17,439 nt of DNA from Alphaproteobacteria bacterium (GTDB lineage: Bacteria; Pseudomonadota; Alphaproteobacteria; UBA6615), in contig CBDHEC010000002.1 in assembly GCA_965261975.1 (NCBI GenBank), forward strand, positions 1 through 17,439, written 5' to 3'. The notes beneath the pieces were generated by a model. It worked only from the letters and a program-made list of their open reading frames with translations, ran no database searches and had not been told where the DNA came from. The stretch's first letter is position 1. Every line of letters starts with the position of its first letter. This document shows positions 16,767 to 17,439 of the stretch, in pieces. The translations under genes and the position numbers were made by a program.

Positions 16767-17221
16767 GCCGCATCCTCCGCCGGGCGCCGACGCAGGAACG
16801 TCGTCGCGATGTAACTGGAGACTTCCTGCTCCCCGACAGATGTTGCAATCCGCATCCGAATGATCCCGCGTTCGGGACGAGACTTGGACGCGCGCAACTC
16901 AACCACCTCGGCCGTCGTGTGCAAGGTGTCGCCCGGGCGCACGGGGGCGGACCATGTGATTTCGTCCATGCCGGGGCCGCCGAGCGCGTTCTCGGTGAAC
17001 AGGCCGATCCGGATGAACTGGGCAAAAGCCAATCCGATAGTCTGGTGCCCGCTTGCGATCAAACCGCCGTAGAAACTGTCCTTCGCCGCGATCGGATCGG
17101 TGTGGAATACCTGCGGATCATATTTTTCGGCGAAGGTAATAATGGCCTCCTCCGACACCGTCACCGGCTCGGTTTCGAACACTTCGCCGACGGTGTAGTC
17201 GTCCCAGTAGCGCGCTGTCAT
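16763..17221 (-). CDS. MaoC-family (hotdog-fold) dehydratase, copy 1
   Basis: WDDYTVG, DPQVFHTD, GGLIASG and WSAPVRPGDTL. GGAAGGA SD is present. Confidence 0.9.
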   Translation of the reverse strand: MTARYWDDYTVGEVFETEPVTVSEEAIITFAEKYDPQVFHTDPIAAKDSFYGGLIASGHQTIGLAFAQFIRIGLFTENALGGPGMDEITWSAPVRPGDTLHTTAEVVELRASKSRPERGIIRMRIATSVGEQEVSSYIATTFLRRRPAEDAA

Positions 17222-17284
17222 GGGGTCCTTCCCGTAAATGCAGGCGCGGACCCTACCCCGAGCGAACCCGGGAATAAAGTGGCC

Positions 17285-17439
17285 TCAGCGCCCGCTTTCC
17301 GCCGGGTCGCCCTCGGCGCGCGACGCCTCCCAGGCAAGGATCAGGCGCTTCTTGTCGGGGTGCCAGCGATAGCCGCTGATACTGCCCCCGTTTCGGATGA
17401 CGCGGTGGCACGGAATCAGCCACGACACGGGATTGCGTG
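17285..17439 (-). CDS. Methylated-DNA--protein-cysteine methyltransferase (Ada/Ogt family), C-terminal fragment; not in the ORF track
   Basis: Manual translation gives RNPVSWLIPCHRVIRNGGSISGYRWHPDKKRLILAWEASRAEGDPAESGR*, which contains the active-site PCHRV. TGA is at 17287-17285. Confidence 0.93.
   Translation of the reverse strand, partial: RNPVSWLIPCHRVIRNGGSISGYRWHPDKKRLILAWEASRAEGDPAESGR

Noticed and set aside
17255-17272. CCCGGG-TTCG-CTCGGG hairpin between ada/ogt and the first MaoC gene
   Set aside because: No U tract follows on the minus strand and it may simply be a promoter spacer; too weak to call a terminator.

Overview
GC-rich alphaproteobacterial chromosomal segment, probably Rhodospirillales-like (inferred from gene content and order), made up mostly of core genes. 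In window order: a 5'-truncated MFS transporter (+); a secreted Sel1-repeat protein (-); tRNA-Glu(CTC) (-) with promoter and terminator; low-specificity threonine aldolase and a small membrane protein (-); rluD and rpoH (+). The rest is on the minus strand. In transcription order it reads: partial ada/ogt, two tandem MaoC dehydratases, an SLC13/TrkA-C permease, the serC leader RNA motif, serC, serA, an FG-GAP/VCBS protein, hisZ, purA, a 684-aa pseudokinase and a 4-TM protein. The best candidate for an undescribed system is the last pair (5173-7738). It is a tail-anchored Hanks-type kinase-fold protein lacking all canonical catalytic motifs, followed 4 bp later by a small polytopic membrane protein. 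A CtrA-box-like promoter (TTAA-N7-TTAC) lies upstream, which suggests a motility or cell-cycle membrane scaffold. No mobile element, CRISPR array or rRNA was seen. All calls come from reading motifs by eye; no searches were run.
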